Of a DNA stretch of 64,000 nucleotides, positions 1-13,265 are shown piece by piece. The position numbers were made by a program, and so were the translations under genes. This stretch comes from Octopus sinensis (Eukaryota): contig NC_043007.1 of assembly GCF_006345805.1 (NCBI RefSeq), positions 60,698,001 to 60,762,000 on the forward strand. Reading direction: 5' to 3'. Within the stretch, counting starts at the first letter, position 1, and each line of letters begins with the position of its first letter. The notes below the pieces were generated by a model, which was not told the origin of the DNA, searched no databases, and saw only the letters and a list, made by a program, of their open reading frames with translations.

Positions 1-1957
1 CCCTTTTGTTAATAAGATTGTAAAATCATCTCTTAACAGCACCACCTCATTATAAGAGGTGATTCTTAATGATTATTTTTATAAACTTATAAAGGATAAA
101 AATAAATGTAAAAAAAAAAGTAGTATCACATGGAGAAGAGCATGCTTTCTCTGTAAGACAATTAGATAAAATACACCAAAAATCATTCCATCAATACTGA
201 TCATAAAAGAAAATAAATAAAAATGCAGAAAAAACAATCCCACTTTGGTATCAAAATAACAAGGTTTAGTTACTGAATTAAATGAGAAAAGTAAGCAAAT
301 CTTTCATAAAATTACATTGAGAAATATTATCAAACAGAAAATTATTTATTTTTAGGAATTCTATATCTAATTCAGCAATCAAAATAATGTTCAGATCACT
401 TGCTTAATTGCAGCACATGTCTTTTGAATTTATAATTCCTTATATCTATTAACTGCATTTGTGAGGAAATTAAATATTTTTCTTCATGAGGCAAAAACAA
501 AATTGGAAATTTAATTTTAATCCTTGAAGTTACATATAAAAATCCTTGTGTATTGATGAAACAAATTTACCAAAATGAAAACTATTATATTAAACAGAGC
601 ATCACCTTATGAAACATTTAAGTGAAAAATATTTTCCAATCCTCAAGAACTCAGCTAATAATTTTTGTCTTATGTAAGAAAAATTTTAAATGTTACAGGC
701 AATAGAAGAATAGAGCAATGAAAAGGGTCACAATTGTCAAAAAATGCCTAGATAAAAATGTCAACACTTAATACTGTATGGTATAGCATTGAAGACATAA
801 GCTACAAAAGTGTGATTGTGATATTCCTTGTGATACAAGAAGTTATAGATTTGTTAGTTATGTTAATTTACATCTGCATACTTGGGAAAAAATTCATGAG
901 GCTAAAAGATTTTAAGAAAAGTTGTTTAAGCAAGTTTCTCATCAACATACAGAACATAAATCCTTCCATACCTTTTAATCAATAAAAGCCAATTTCCAAA
1001 TTGCTAGGTTACAAAAAAAAATAATTGGTCAATTGCACAGCAATTACAATTTAAAATTAATACCTTTTGATATGGCCAGTTTTACAAAGTAAAAATGTGT
1101 TGTTAATTGTGCAGATGCAGACTGAGTGAGACTCTGCTTGACAGGCACCAAGGAGGATCCAAGAATATACCAACCGATGACAACTACAGCAACATATTGC
1201 AATGGCACATTCCCCACATCTGACCTGACAGACAATTATTACAAACTGATTCTTGTGAGAATTGAATTCAGAACAGTGAGGCTCTGGTGTAAATACCATA
1301 TTCAGTTCTCTACTGTCTGCACCTTAAAGCAAATAATTCATACTTATTTACAATGTCCATTTTCTCAAAGACTTTTCTTTAATTCAAATAATGTGTCGCA
1401 ATTGTATTTTGTTGTTTGGCATGGCTGTGTGGTGAGAAGTTTACTTCCCAACCATGATTCCAGGTTCAGTCCCAATTCATGGCACCTTGGGTGTCTTCTG
1501 CTATAGCCTTGGGCCTTGTGAATGGATTTGATAAGCAGAAACTTAAAGTAACCCATTGTGTTTGCCCCACCTCCTCTCTCTGCTTGAAAACTGGTGTTGG
1601 CACATTTACATCCCAGTAACTTAGTGATTTGGCAAAACAGACCAATAGAATAAGTACCAGGCTTTAAAAAAATAATACTGGGGTTGATTCATTTGACTAA
1701 AAAATTCTTCAAGATGGTGCCCCAGCATGACCGCAGTCTAATGACTGAAACAAGTAAAAGATAAAATATACCTGCAGATATTTATAATTTATAACAGTTA
1801 CATAGTGTCTAAGTGGATAATAGTTACAAAAGAAAAAAAAAACGGTCTCTTGACTGAACTGGAAGTTGGCTCCTTGTATACTACAGATCTCTGTATCTTT
1901 GATAAAAGTATTAAATCTCAATGTCTCAATCAATTACGCTGTAAATTGGTAGCATAT

Positions 1958-2356
1958 CACAGGAGTGGCTGTGTGGTAAGTAGCTTGCTAACCAACCACA
2001 TGGTTCCGGGTTCAGTCCCACTGCGTGGCATCTTGGGCAAGTGTCTTCTGCTATAGCCCCGGGCCGACCAATGCCTTGTGAGTGGATTTGGTAGACGGAA
2101 ACTGAAAGAAGCCTGTCGTGTATATATATATATATGTGTGTGTATATGTGTTTGTGTGTCTGTGTTTGTCCCCCTAGCATTGCTTGACAACCGATGCTGG
2201 TGTGTTTACGTCCCCGTCACTTAGCGGTTCGGCAAAAGAGACCGATAGAATAAGTACTGGGCTTACAAAGAATAAGTCCTGGGGTCGATTTGCTCGACTA
2301 AAGGCGGTGCACCAGCATGGTCGCAGTCAAATGACTGAAACAAGTAAAAGAGAAAA
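1958..2356 (+). mobile_element. tRNA-derived SINE family A (full copy)
   Basis: Head with A/B-box-like ggctgtgtggtaag...ggttcagtccc, internal (TA/TG)n, tail ...gactgaaacaagtaaaag. Other copies at about 1418-1765(+), 12640-12880, 19505-19860(-), 25170-25320(-), 27340-27480(-), 30225-30592(-), 31394-31740(-), and 53897-54060 plus 55716-55899(-). Confidence 0.88.
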
Positions 2357-2849
2357 GAGTATACAATGTACCGCATAGAGCTATGGGAACACAGTAAAAT
2401 GGATGTGTTCTTCACTAGCTTGCTGTGTTGAGTTTGAATTCTGATATGAAAACTTTTGTGAGGCATGGGTTCTATGAGCTCTACATACCACGAAACCCTT
2501 TTCACCTGAATACCACACAAAATGCTTTGCAATTTTCCTTTCAGGAATTCTTTACTCATCCACATTTTTCTTGCAGATGTTCAAACTGAAAATCAGCTGC
2601 ATCAGTCTCATTTGTCTGGGAGGGCCTATAAAGATAAAGATAACAGGCCCTGCCCCTCCTTCCTAGTCTAACTCAAAAAAATATATAAAAAGGAAAATTC
2701 CAACTATCTCTTAGGGTTATTGAATTCACAATTACCATGTCAATAGTATTTGTTCAAGTATCGTCTTAGTTAAAGAAAGATTACTCACTCGATGCTAAAG
2801 AAACCTGCAGAGTATAGACATGACATGCTATTTTACACTTTCAAGACCC

Positions 2850-3152
2850 TTTTTGGTTATGAATGACCATGGGATTGCACCTAGATGTTCCCCTCCAAGG
2901 TGCAAGTCTGGGCAAGGTTGTTTATGGAAGACCAGCTGTAGTCCATGCATACCAGCCTCCCCTCCTCATACCGCCAATGTTATCCAATGGAAAGTCAAAA
3001 GCCAGTACAACTTGGTACCAGTGACATCACAAGCCATTTCTACAGTTGAGTAAAGTGTCTTGCTCAAGAACACAACACACAGCTCAGTCCAGGAATCAAA
3101 CTCATTACCTCATGATCGTGAGCTTGATGCTCTAACCACTGAGCCATGTGCC
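2850..3152 (-). mobile_element. Third SINE-like family (related copy ~20132-20432)
   Basis: On the minus strand, ggcacatggctcagtggttagagcatc...tttgattcctggac...ttcttgagcaagacacttt, a tRNA-like head. Confidence 0.7.
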
Positions 3153-3624
3153 GTCACATATAACCACTTCTGGACTGACATATTTTAATATGAGTAAATG
3201 CTTTTGGAAGTATTTGATTAATAAAAATGTATTTCATGGATTAGTTAAAGTATTGTTAGAAAGAGTTAATTTTAATGTGGAAATTGAGGTGTCTCATTGA
3301 AAAAAATCACAGGCTTAAGTTTGAGTCCACCAAATTTACTTCCTTGAAAAAGTCGCCATTTTTAATAGTTCCTATATTCTTGTGTATGTAGTTGTAAATT
3401 ACTGTGTTTACCTCCACCAGCTAAGCAAACTAGTTAACACAGATATTTTAAGGGCTTTGATATCAGTTTTTCATGGGCTAAAAACAAAACAGAAAATAAT
3501 AAATGCTTAATTTTTATTTTTACTGTTAGCTATATAATAAGACATAAATAATAAAAAAATGTTTTTTTAATTTAGTGCCTGATTTATATAAAGTAATGTA
3601 CAATGATTCTAGTGTTTCTGAATG

Positions 3625-3663
<39 letters not shown>

Positions 3664-5583
3664 CTTTTATTAAAAGCTGCAGAATCTTCACAAAACTGTT
3701 ACTCAGCACTTCACATTCCCATTCATCAGACAGTTTTGCCATGAATACTGAATTTTAAAATCATGATAGGACAGATGATATAACATGATATAATATAATT
3801 TAACTCAACAAATAAGCATTTAAATTTGAGAATGTGGCTGATTTTCAAAACATAATGGTGCAATTTTCATTATAAGTTGAGTGGTTGGGGGATGCAAAAA
3901 TTAACAGTAAAATATAAATATAAATATTATGATAAGATTGAAAATAACTTTGTGTAAAATGGAGACATATATAATGGGTCAAATATGTATTATGCATGAA
4001 TGTCATAGACTTCCTATTTTGCATTTAACCGTGTTTCACTTTTAGTGGTTCTCACAACTGTTACTGCTTGATTTACTTAGAACTACTAAGACATCAAAAG
4101 CACACAGTTGGGTTAGTATTGCAAAAAATTACTTGTTTACTAACACAGATAGTGCTTAAAAGTTGCTGTTTTTCTCAATGACTAGCATCACAGCTTAATC
4201 AAGGTTGACCAAAGACTATGTCATCAATCAGTGCTAGAAAAATAAGCAAGATGCACAAAATTCATTCAAAATTGGAATTCAAGTCATAAATCTAATAGAG
4301 TCAGGATAAATTTAGTATAAGAAAGATGTTGGATAAAGAAATAGATTTGCATTAGCATATGAAATTGTCTGTTAATGACTCTCAAACTAGATTCCATCCT
4401 CATCAATTTTTTTGACCAACCCCCACCCCTGCCACACCACCATTATCTAATGAGAAAACAAAATAGATTGCATCTATATAATTCTCTTTCTTTAGTAAGG
4501 TGTTGAAAAAAGCTCAAAACAATCTTAATTCTGATCAGCAATTTGTCTGTCCCCACCCTCCACTTCAATCATTGCACCCCATGCACCAAAGAGAACCACT
4601 GATGTTATTTTTCAGGGAGATAATCACAGGGTTTTTTTTTTTTGTGATATGATTTTTAAAAAACATAAAAGAATGCTTGAGAAAAGCCTTTAACATCATT
4701 GTAACTGTTTATCTCCAGGTTAGACCTGTTCAAGCAAACCTATGATTCCAGCTGTATCCATCTTGTTTTTAGGGATATCTAGGACTAAATTATCTATATC
4801 CTCCCTATTTTTTAAGTAAAAGGGTGTAATTTGAGGTTGCTATTTGGTTGCTATTTCTAGGAGGTTGAGTTCCTCTCTCTTTGACATGTTTGAATGTTCT
4901 GATGGGCAGCAAGGAAATTAGGTGAAGCTGAATGGATTGTGAAACCAAAAGTACTAGGTCGAAATTCAGTGAGAAAATGATCTGCTTTTGAAATCCTCCC
5001 AATGTCAGTCCTTTAAGCAACAAGATTGGTATTCAAGATTGAGTTCCATTAGGAACTTGTAGCTAATGTAATTCTCATACCAGAATTTTTATAAAATAAG
5101 TAAGTGCCAAACCTCTTAGTGTAGTCTCAACTTAATGGGTTTAAAAGTCAAAAAAGCAAAGAGTATTAAGTAACTTTAATAATCTAGCAAGACTGTAAAA
5201 TTAATGAGCCAGCAAATACTTCCTCAACAAACATCCTACCATTTTTAAAATTAGCGACAATTCTCTGAAGTTCTCAAGTGCAACAGGACAAAATGGTCAT
5301 AACTATAATCCTGACCAAACATTGATTTTCAGCACATACCAAGACTAGGATTTATGTGTGATTAACTACTTCCAAGCTATGGGCTTATTCAAGAACAACT
5401 ACTGAAGACTTATTTAATAATAATAAGAAAATAGTAAAGTTAGAAAATATAGCTGAGAAAGAGATTGTTTTTCCATAGTTTCTCCTGAATGCTGCCTAAA
5501 ATAGAACCTGACAAAGAGACAATTAACATATTCAAATGGTGTACACACAACAAAATCTTACTGTACAGGGTTGATGGAATATG

Positions 5584-5690
5584 CTATGAAATGACAGAGT
5601 TAGGGTCTTTTTCACTGACATTTGTCTGTAGTGGTAATGTATTCTTTGTCTTTTGATCTGCCATCTTTATGTGCGTGTAAAGAATAATAC
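5584..5690 (-). CDS. SLC35E3: SLC35E3 last coding exon (G-IILYTHIKMADQK...SVIS*)
   Basis: Acceptor tttctttcag|GT, phase 1, TAG at 5586-5584. Total CDS 954 nt = 317 aa plus stop. Confidence 0.88.
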
Positions 5691-6626
5691 CTGAAAGAAA
5701 GAAAGAAATTACATTAAAAGAACTATGCATTAGTAATAAAACCGATAGTTAGCAATCTTTCCAAGTTTTCAATTAAAAACACTTAAAATTTCTTATTATT
5801 GGCACAGGTTGCAGACCACAATAACACATTAGTGAAGGGTCAATTTATTGTACTTTTAAGAAGACACTTTCCTTTTTTTTTTCAATCTTTAAAGCTAAAA
5901 AACTGACTCGACTCTTACTGGTTAAGATCATCCTGCTCTAAAAACATCTACCTAATAAGTCATACCAAAGTATCAGAATTTGCAGAAATATTTAACTATT
6001 TCATAGATAGCAATTATATTGAGAGAGCCATTTTAATCCACATAACTCACAAACACTATCATATTCACTTTTAGCTAAATTTTGTGGTGTTAAAATTTTC
6101 ATCAAACATCTATGACCTGATCACTGACACAATTCCACTCATCTGTTGAGCTTTTTAAATCTCAGAATTCCACTCCACCCCACCTTTATGGGGTCTGGTT
6201 TTGAAAATCTGGAGATGTTAACAACAAACATTTTAAACATTAACATTAAAATGGTGATTTCTCAGAGCTGATTACTTATATACACTACATATATACATGT
6301 ATGTTGATGTATTTGGTATTTAATCATCAAGCCAGTGGGATAAAAGGCAAAGTCAGCCTTAGTAGGATTTGAACTCAAACAAAAACCACAAGTTTAGCAC
6401 ATTTCCATTTCTACTACCCACCATCCTAATGATAAAAATAATTTTTCACATTAGGACAAGACAACAATCAATCTTACTGTTACTGTAAGATTGTTACTGT
6501 ACTGGCTTCAGTTATTTTTTTATTATCTCCATACGTACATGCATGTATGTATGAATACAGCAACAAATAAAATCCATAAAAAATTTGTTTTCAACAAAAA
6601 ATTGTGACAAAGTATTCTAAACTTAC

Positions 6627-6739
6627 CAGAAAGAGTGATTAAAATTCCCAAGAGTTGAAGAAAATGTAATGATTCATTAAAGAACAGATAAGCACCAAAA
6701 AGAATCAGACAGAATTTCAGGTGGCCCACCATATTATAG
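6627..6739 (-). CDS. SLC35E3: SLC35E3 exon 5 (YNMVGHLKFCLILFGAYLFFNESLHFLQLLGILITLS)
   Basis: Acceptor cttcag|C, donor G|gtaagt, 113 nt, phase 2/1. Motif TYNMxGHxKFC. Confidence 0.93.
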
Positions 6740-8207
6740 CTGAAGGTCAGTTAAGAAAAGAAAAAGAAAAATTTGCAAAAATAGAACAATATACAAAGTT
6801 TAAAATTTTACTGGTTTTTAGAAATGTGGAAGGGAAAAACTACTGCCATCATTAATGAAATTGCTTTAAATAGTATTAAAAGAATGTCATACAATTTTTC
6901 ATTTTCAATATGTTAGAAGAATGGGGGTCATGATTTTTGTAAGCCAAGTGAGACAGATGGGATTAATGTAGCTGACTACTATAACCCAAGCATCTCAGGG
7001 AAAAATGTGAATGGGAGTTTGTAAAAGACATCCGAGGACCAGATGGAAATGTTAAACCAAATGGTATGTTGGTAGATAACACATCTGAAATTGTTTGCAA
7101 GGTGAATCCTTTGAGATTGTGAAGTTAGTTATAGAAGGATAACAAGTTGATCCCATCTAAATCACATTGTAGTTTGTCCTATATTCATCTGTACTTGACT
7201 CTTACCCTATTCTCACTTTTTGGTAACTATGAAGTAATAATAATAATAATTAATGATGATGATGGTAATGATAATGATAATTTCTTCCACTGGCACATGG
7301 CAATGAATTTTGAAGGAAGTTTTAGTCAATAAATCAACATTGGATGGCTGAGAGGTAAAATCGATCCCAACATGATTTGAACTCACAATGTAAATAGCAG
7401 AAACTAAATATTGAAAGATATTACATCTGATGTTTTACCAATCAATACTGACATCACCTACTCTTATTGCTATTTATCCAGAAGAACAATAAACAAAATA
7501 AATTTCAGAGGTATTTGAAATTAGAATGGTGGTGTAAAGCACTCGTGCAGGGTCACATAAAAGCACCAGGGTGGTGCCCATGCAATGCTATGTAAAAGTG
7601 CCTGTGTGGTGCTATGTAAAAGCACTTGTGTGGCACCACATAAAAGTGCCAGTGCAGTGCCATGTAAAAGTACCCAGCACACACTGTAAAATGGTTGGCA
7701 TTAGGAAGGGCATCCAGCCATAGAAACCATGCCAAATTAGACTGGAGGCATTACCAACACCAGTTGGTTCTTGCTTGATGTTATTGAACCACCAAGAAAA
7801 ATGAAAGGCAAAGTCCATCTCCTACTGGATATGAACTCAGAATATAAAAGGACAGACACACTTTATTTGGTATTCACTCAGTTATTGAAAGTGATGCAGT
7901 TGATTAAATCAATCACATTATATGTTTAATTTTTTCTCCCCTCAAACATCGAAGGATGAAATGCTAAGTTGGCATTTGCAGAATTTGAATTAATTTCCTA
8001 TAAATCACAGAAGCACTTTATTACATGTAAAAACCATAACATTCACAACAAAGACTGGCAGTTTTCTCTGTTGCTGTGTGTGCCATATGAAGAACTGCAA
8101 CAAGTAGCAAAGAGCTGCACAGAAACAAACTCAGCTAAAAAAAAACCAGCACAAAAAAAAAAGAAAAATAATTTGTATGAAAATGTCAAGATCAAGTAAA
8201 CAAGTCA

Positions 8208-8450
<243 letters not shown>

Positions 8451-9359
8451 CTACTGAGATTATGGTAATCTATAAAGAAGCATATATTTAATCACCAAAG
8501 GGTGCACACATGATAACAATTGTATAACATTTTAAAGAAATATAAGTTCTAACAATTATTTGTTTCCTATATATCACAATATTACAAAAACAATTAATGG
8601 TGTCTTAGCCAGTATGGTAAAATCCATTTACATAAGCAATGAATCCCTGTCATTGCAATCTTTAATCTTTGTCTGATTATAACTGCATCTCAGTTTCTAC
8701 TTAAAACTGCTATTTTACTGCTATTTATTCTTTTGTAGAATAAGGAAACAGCTTCAGGTTTTGCTTAAAAGGTACAATGCTTTGCTAATGGAAAGCTCTA
8801 GTTATAAAAGATAGTAGACACAGCACTCAATCCTTATCATTTCACCTCTTTTTTCCATGCTTGCATGGACTGGATCAGTCTTCTCTAGCAAGGTACCTTA
8901 CACCTTTGTGAAATTCAACATCTAAAGTTAGCTTTCAACATTTGTTCCTCTCTCAAGTTCTTTCTACTTGGTTTACTCAGCAATTCTGCAGCCATCCCTC
9001 ATGTGCATGTGTCTATATCAGTGCAGTTATCTCTCTTGCACACAACAGCCAATTCTTCTAGTAGAACATAACTTGTTTTTTCCCAGCCTTTGTATAAAAC
9101 ATCATACAATCTGCTATTCACTTCTAGAGAGGATTCTTTTGTTGCCAACAGAAAATAACAGCTCCCTCAACTTTTTTCACTATGCCATTATCCTAGTTCC
9201 TACACTGTCCCAACACTCAGCTCCTAACTATTAGGTCATTAAGGTAGCAGATGTTGTCAACCACTTCTAGCAAGTCTTCTAAGCATCTGAAAGAAAATCT
9301 ACCTCAATGACTTCTGTCTGAACCTGAAAATATGGAAAAAGTGTTTGTGTATGTGCATA

Positions 9360-12150
9360 AGACCCAAAATAACGTGGTGGTGGAACAATATTGTTGACTG
9401 GGCTATTAGACAAAAGAAACAGGCTTGGAAGGCTTGGAAGAACGAGGGTAGCAGGGAAGTGTATCAGACTGCCAGAAGGGAAGCTAGGAGACAGGTCTAT
9501 CTAGCCAGAGGGGAAGCAGATAAGAGAAAATTTGCCAATGTCCTGCGCCGTGAGGATGAAAGACTTGAGGCATTTCGTGTTGCAAGACAGTGTGTGAGAG
9601 AGAATCGTGATGTGGTAGGAGAGAAATGTGTTTGCAAGGATGACGGTTCACTTGCGCTAAATGAGGATGCAAAGAGAGAGGCTTGGAGACGCCACTATGA
9701 AAGGTTGCTGAATGAGGAAAATGAATGGGATAAAGAGAGTCTGCCGAATGTTGACCCAACAGAGGGACCAGCTATCCGAGTTGATAGTTCCGTGGTAGCT
9801 AAGGCAATTAGAAGCATGAAGACAGGGAAAGCCCCAGGCCCATCAGGAATTACTGCAGAGATGCTCAAAATATCTGGTAGTGTCGGCTATAGCATAGTCA
9901 CCCGTATAGTTAACCAGGTGATACACGAAGGAGTCATACCCAATGACTGGTGTAGCAGCATAATAGTCAACTGCTACAAAGGTAAAGGTGATGCCCTAGA
10001 TACAAATAACTACAGGGGCATCAAGCTGTTGGATCAGGTAATGAAGGTTACGGAGAGGGTTATAGCCCAATTAATTAGAGAGAGAGTAAGCTTAGATGAT
10101 ATTCAGTTTGGGTTCGTGCCAGGGAAAAGTACCACTGATGCTATATTCCTGGTAAGACAGCTGCAGGAGAAATACCTAGCCAAAGGTAAGCCCTTGTACC
10201 TGGCTTTTGTTGACTTGGAGAAAGCCTTTGACAGGGTCCCCCGATCCCTTATCTGGTGGTCAATGAGGAAACTAGGGATAGATGAATGGTTAGTGAGAGC
10301 TGTGCGTGCCATGTACAGAGACGCTGCTAGTAAGGTGAGGGTAGGCAACGAGTACAGTGAAGAATTCCGGGTAGAGGTTGGGGTCCACCAAGGTTCAGTC
10401 CTCAGCCCCCTCCTATTTATCATAGTCCTCCAGGCAATAATGGAAGAATTCAAGACAGGATGCCCCTGGGAGCTCCTCTATGCTGATGACCTTGCTCTAA
10501 TTGCTGAGTCACTATCAGAACTGGAGGAGAAGTTTCAGGTGTGGAAACAAGGATTAGAATCGAAGGGCCTTAGAATCAACCTAGCCAAAACCAAAGTCCT
10601 AATTAGTAGGAAGGTGGACCAACCACAAACGACTTCAGGTAGATGGCCCTGCTCGATCTGTAAAAAAGGTGTAGGTAGAAACTCTATAAGGTGCACCAAG
10701 TGTAAGCTATGGACACATAAGAGGTGCAGCAATGTCAAAGGTAGGCTAACTGGGAAGATAGTTTTCGTATGTGGCAGATGCTCAGGAGAAATAAACTCTG
10801 GAAACGTGCAGAGACCAACTTCTACCACGTTCCAGGGAGACAAACTAGAAGTAGTTGATAGCTTCCGCTACCTAGGAGACCAAGTCAGTAGTGGGTGTGG
10901 GTGTGCTGAAAGTGTAACGGCTAGAGTAAGAATAGCCTGGGCAAAGTTTAGAGAGCTCTTACCCCTGCTGGTGACAAAAGGCCTCTCGCTCAGAGTAAAA
11001 GGCAGACTGTATGATGCATGTGTACGTACAGCCATGCTACATGGTAGTGAAACATGGGCCGTGACTGCTGAGGATATGCGTAAGCTCGCAAGAAATGAAG
11101 CCAGTATGCTCCGATGGATGTGTAATGTCAGTATTCATAATCGTCAGAGTGTAAGTACCTTGAGAGAAAAGTTGAACCTAAGAAGCGTCAGTTGTGGTGT
11201 GCAAGAGAGACGGCTGCGCTGGTATGGTCATATGACGAGAATGGCTGAAGATAGTTGTGTGCAAAAGTGCTACACCCTAGCAGTTGAGGGAACCTGTGGA
11301 AGAGGTAGACCCAGGAAAACCTGGGACGAAGTGGTGAAGCACGACCTTCGAACTTTAGGTCTCACCAAGGAAATGACTAGAGACCGAGACCTATGGAAGT
11401 ATGCTGTGCGTGAGAAGACCCGGCAAGACTAGTCAGGCCATAACCCGTGGCCCCTACCTGGGACGTAGTAAGTCCACCTGTGCATACCTTCCTTCTTGTG
11501 ACACTTGTGAAGACCTGTTGAGGCAAGTGAAAATCAAATCAAATCAAATCAAAAAATTAAACAAAATCAAAATAGATGAACATCAATGGAATTTGTATCT
11601 TTGTGGTACCATCCAAACGTAGCCGTAGCCAGTGCCGCACCGACTGGCCTCCATGCTGTGGGCACGTAACAATCACCATCCGATCGTGGCCGATCGCCAG
11701 CCTCATCTGGCTCCTGTGTCGGTGGCACATAAAAAACACCATCCGAGCATGGTCGTCTGCTAGCCTTGTCTGGCACCTGGGTCGGTGGCACATAAAAACA
11801 CCATCCGAGCGTGGCCGTTCGCCAGCCTCGTCTGGCACCTGTGTCAGTGGCACATAAAAACACCATCCGACCGTGGCCGTTCGCCATCCTCGTCTGGCAC
11901 CTGTGTCGGTGGCACATAAAAAACACCATCTGAGCGTGGCCGTTCGCCAGCCTCGTCTGGCACCTGTGTCGGTGGCACATAAAATCACCCACTACACTCT
12001 CGGAGTGGTTGGTGTTAGGAAGGGCATCCAGCAGTAGAAACACTGCCAGATCTGACTGGCCTGGTGCAGCCTTCGGGCTCCCCAGACCCCAGTCGAACCG
12101 TCCAACCCATGCTAGCATGGAAAGCGGACGTTAAATGATGATGATGATGA
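9360..12150 (+). mobile_element. RTE-clade LINE, young 5'-truncated copy (RT ORF 9345-11432, no endonuclease) in SLC35E3 intron 3
   Basis: RT motifs DLEKAFDRVPR, GVHQGSVLSPLLF, LYADD; C-terminal RLRWYGH...GRGRPRKTW. 3'UTR ends ...aggaagggcatccagc...ggacgttaaa(tga)n. Confidence 0.95.
11670..11990 (+). repeat. ~62-bp tandem repeat in the RTE 3'UTR (5 units; 3 units in the copy at ~55362-55550)
   Basis: Unit caccatccgagcgtggccgttcgccagcctcgtctggcacctgtgtcggtggcacataaaaa(a). Confidence 0.92.
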
Positions 12151-12371
12151 TATATAAATCCCAAATCATCAATGATATGGTTCTGTCTCGCTTGCTGTCC
12201 CATTGCTAAGAGTTGATCTGACTCTTAATTCTAGCAATACTGGTGCTGACTAGCACCCTCAGTCACCTTAGTGATGTCTCTACTTGTGCATATATATATA
12301 TACATATATATACATATATCATCATTTTAAATCCATTTTCCTTCATATTTGCATGAGCGGGGCTATGCTCA

Positions 12372-12641
<270 letters not shown>

Positions 12642-13265
12642 CTATGGGGAAATATTACCTTGCTTGGAAATGGGTGAGGATTAGCAACAGGAAAGGCATC
12701 TGACAGTAGAAAATCTACCTCAACAAAGTCCATCTCCCAACCACATGGTTCCGGGTTCAGTCCCACTGTGTGGCACCATGGGCAAGTGTCTTCTACAATA
12801 ACCCTGGGCTGACCAAAACCCTGTGAGTGAATTTATTAGACAGAAACTGAAAGAAGTTCAGTGTGTGTGTGTGTGTATTCACACAAACACACATATATCA
12901 TCATCATCATCATCATTTAACATCTATTGTGTGTGTGTGATTGTGTCTCCTTGTTTTGACATCACATGATAGTTATAAAATGGTGGTTAATGCCATACAA
13001 GTAGTGTCATTCATTTCCAATCTTCTGGTTATGGGGAAATATTTCATTGCTTGGATACAAGTGAAGGTTGGCAACAAGACATTAAGAGGATCATGATGAT
13101 GATGATATATAAACAGGCACAGGAATGGCTGTGTGATTAAGAAGCTTACCTCCCAACCACTAGCTTCAGACATTTCATAAAGAATAACGTTGGCCACTAA
13201 AAACAAGGAAAGAGCACTAAAATTAAACCAGATCTTATCTATCAGGAAAATCAAAAATATAAGAT

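Noticed and set aside
1958-2030. tRNA genes at SINE heads
   Set aside because: A/B-box-like motifs are present but no cloverleaf or anticodon arm can be built. They continue directly into SINE bodies.
11670-11990. CRISPR-like appearance of the regular ~62-bp repeats
   Set aside because: There are no unique spacers and no cas genes. The units are contiguous and lie in a LINE 3'UTR in a eukaryotic genome.
9484-12203. Antisense and alternative-frame ORFs overlapping the RTE copies
   Set aside because: Shadow ORFs of the RT and the GC-rich 3'UTR repeat, with no independent coding signal.
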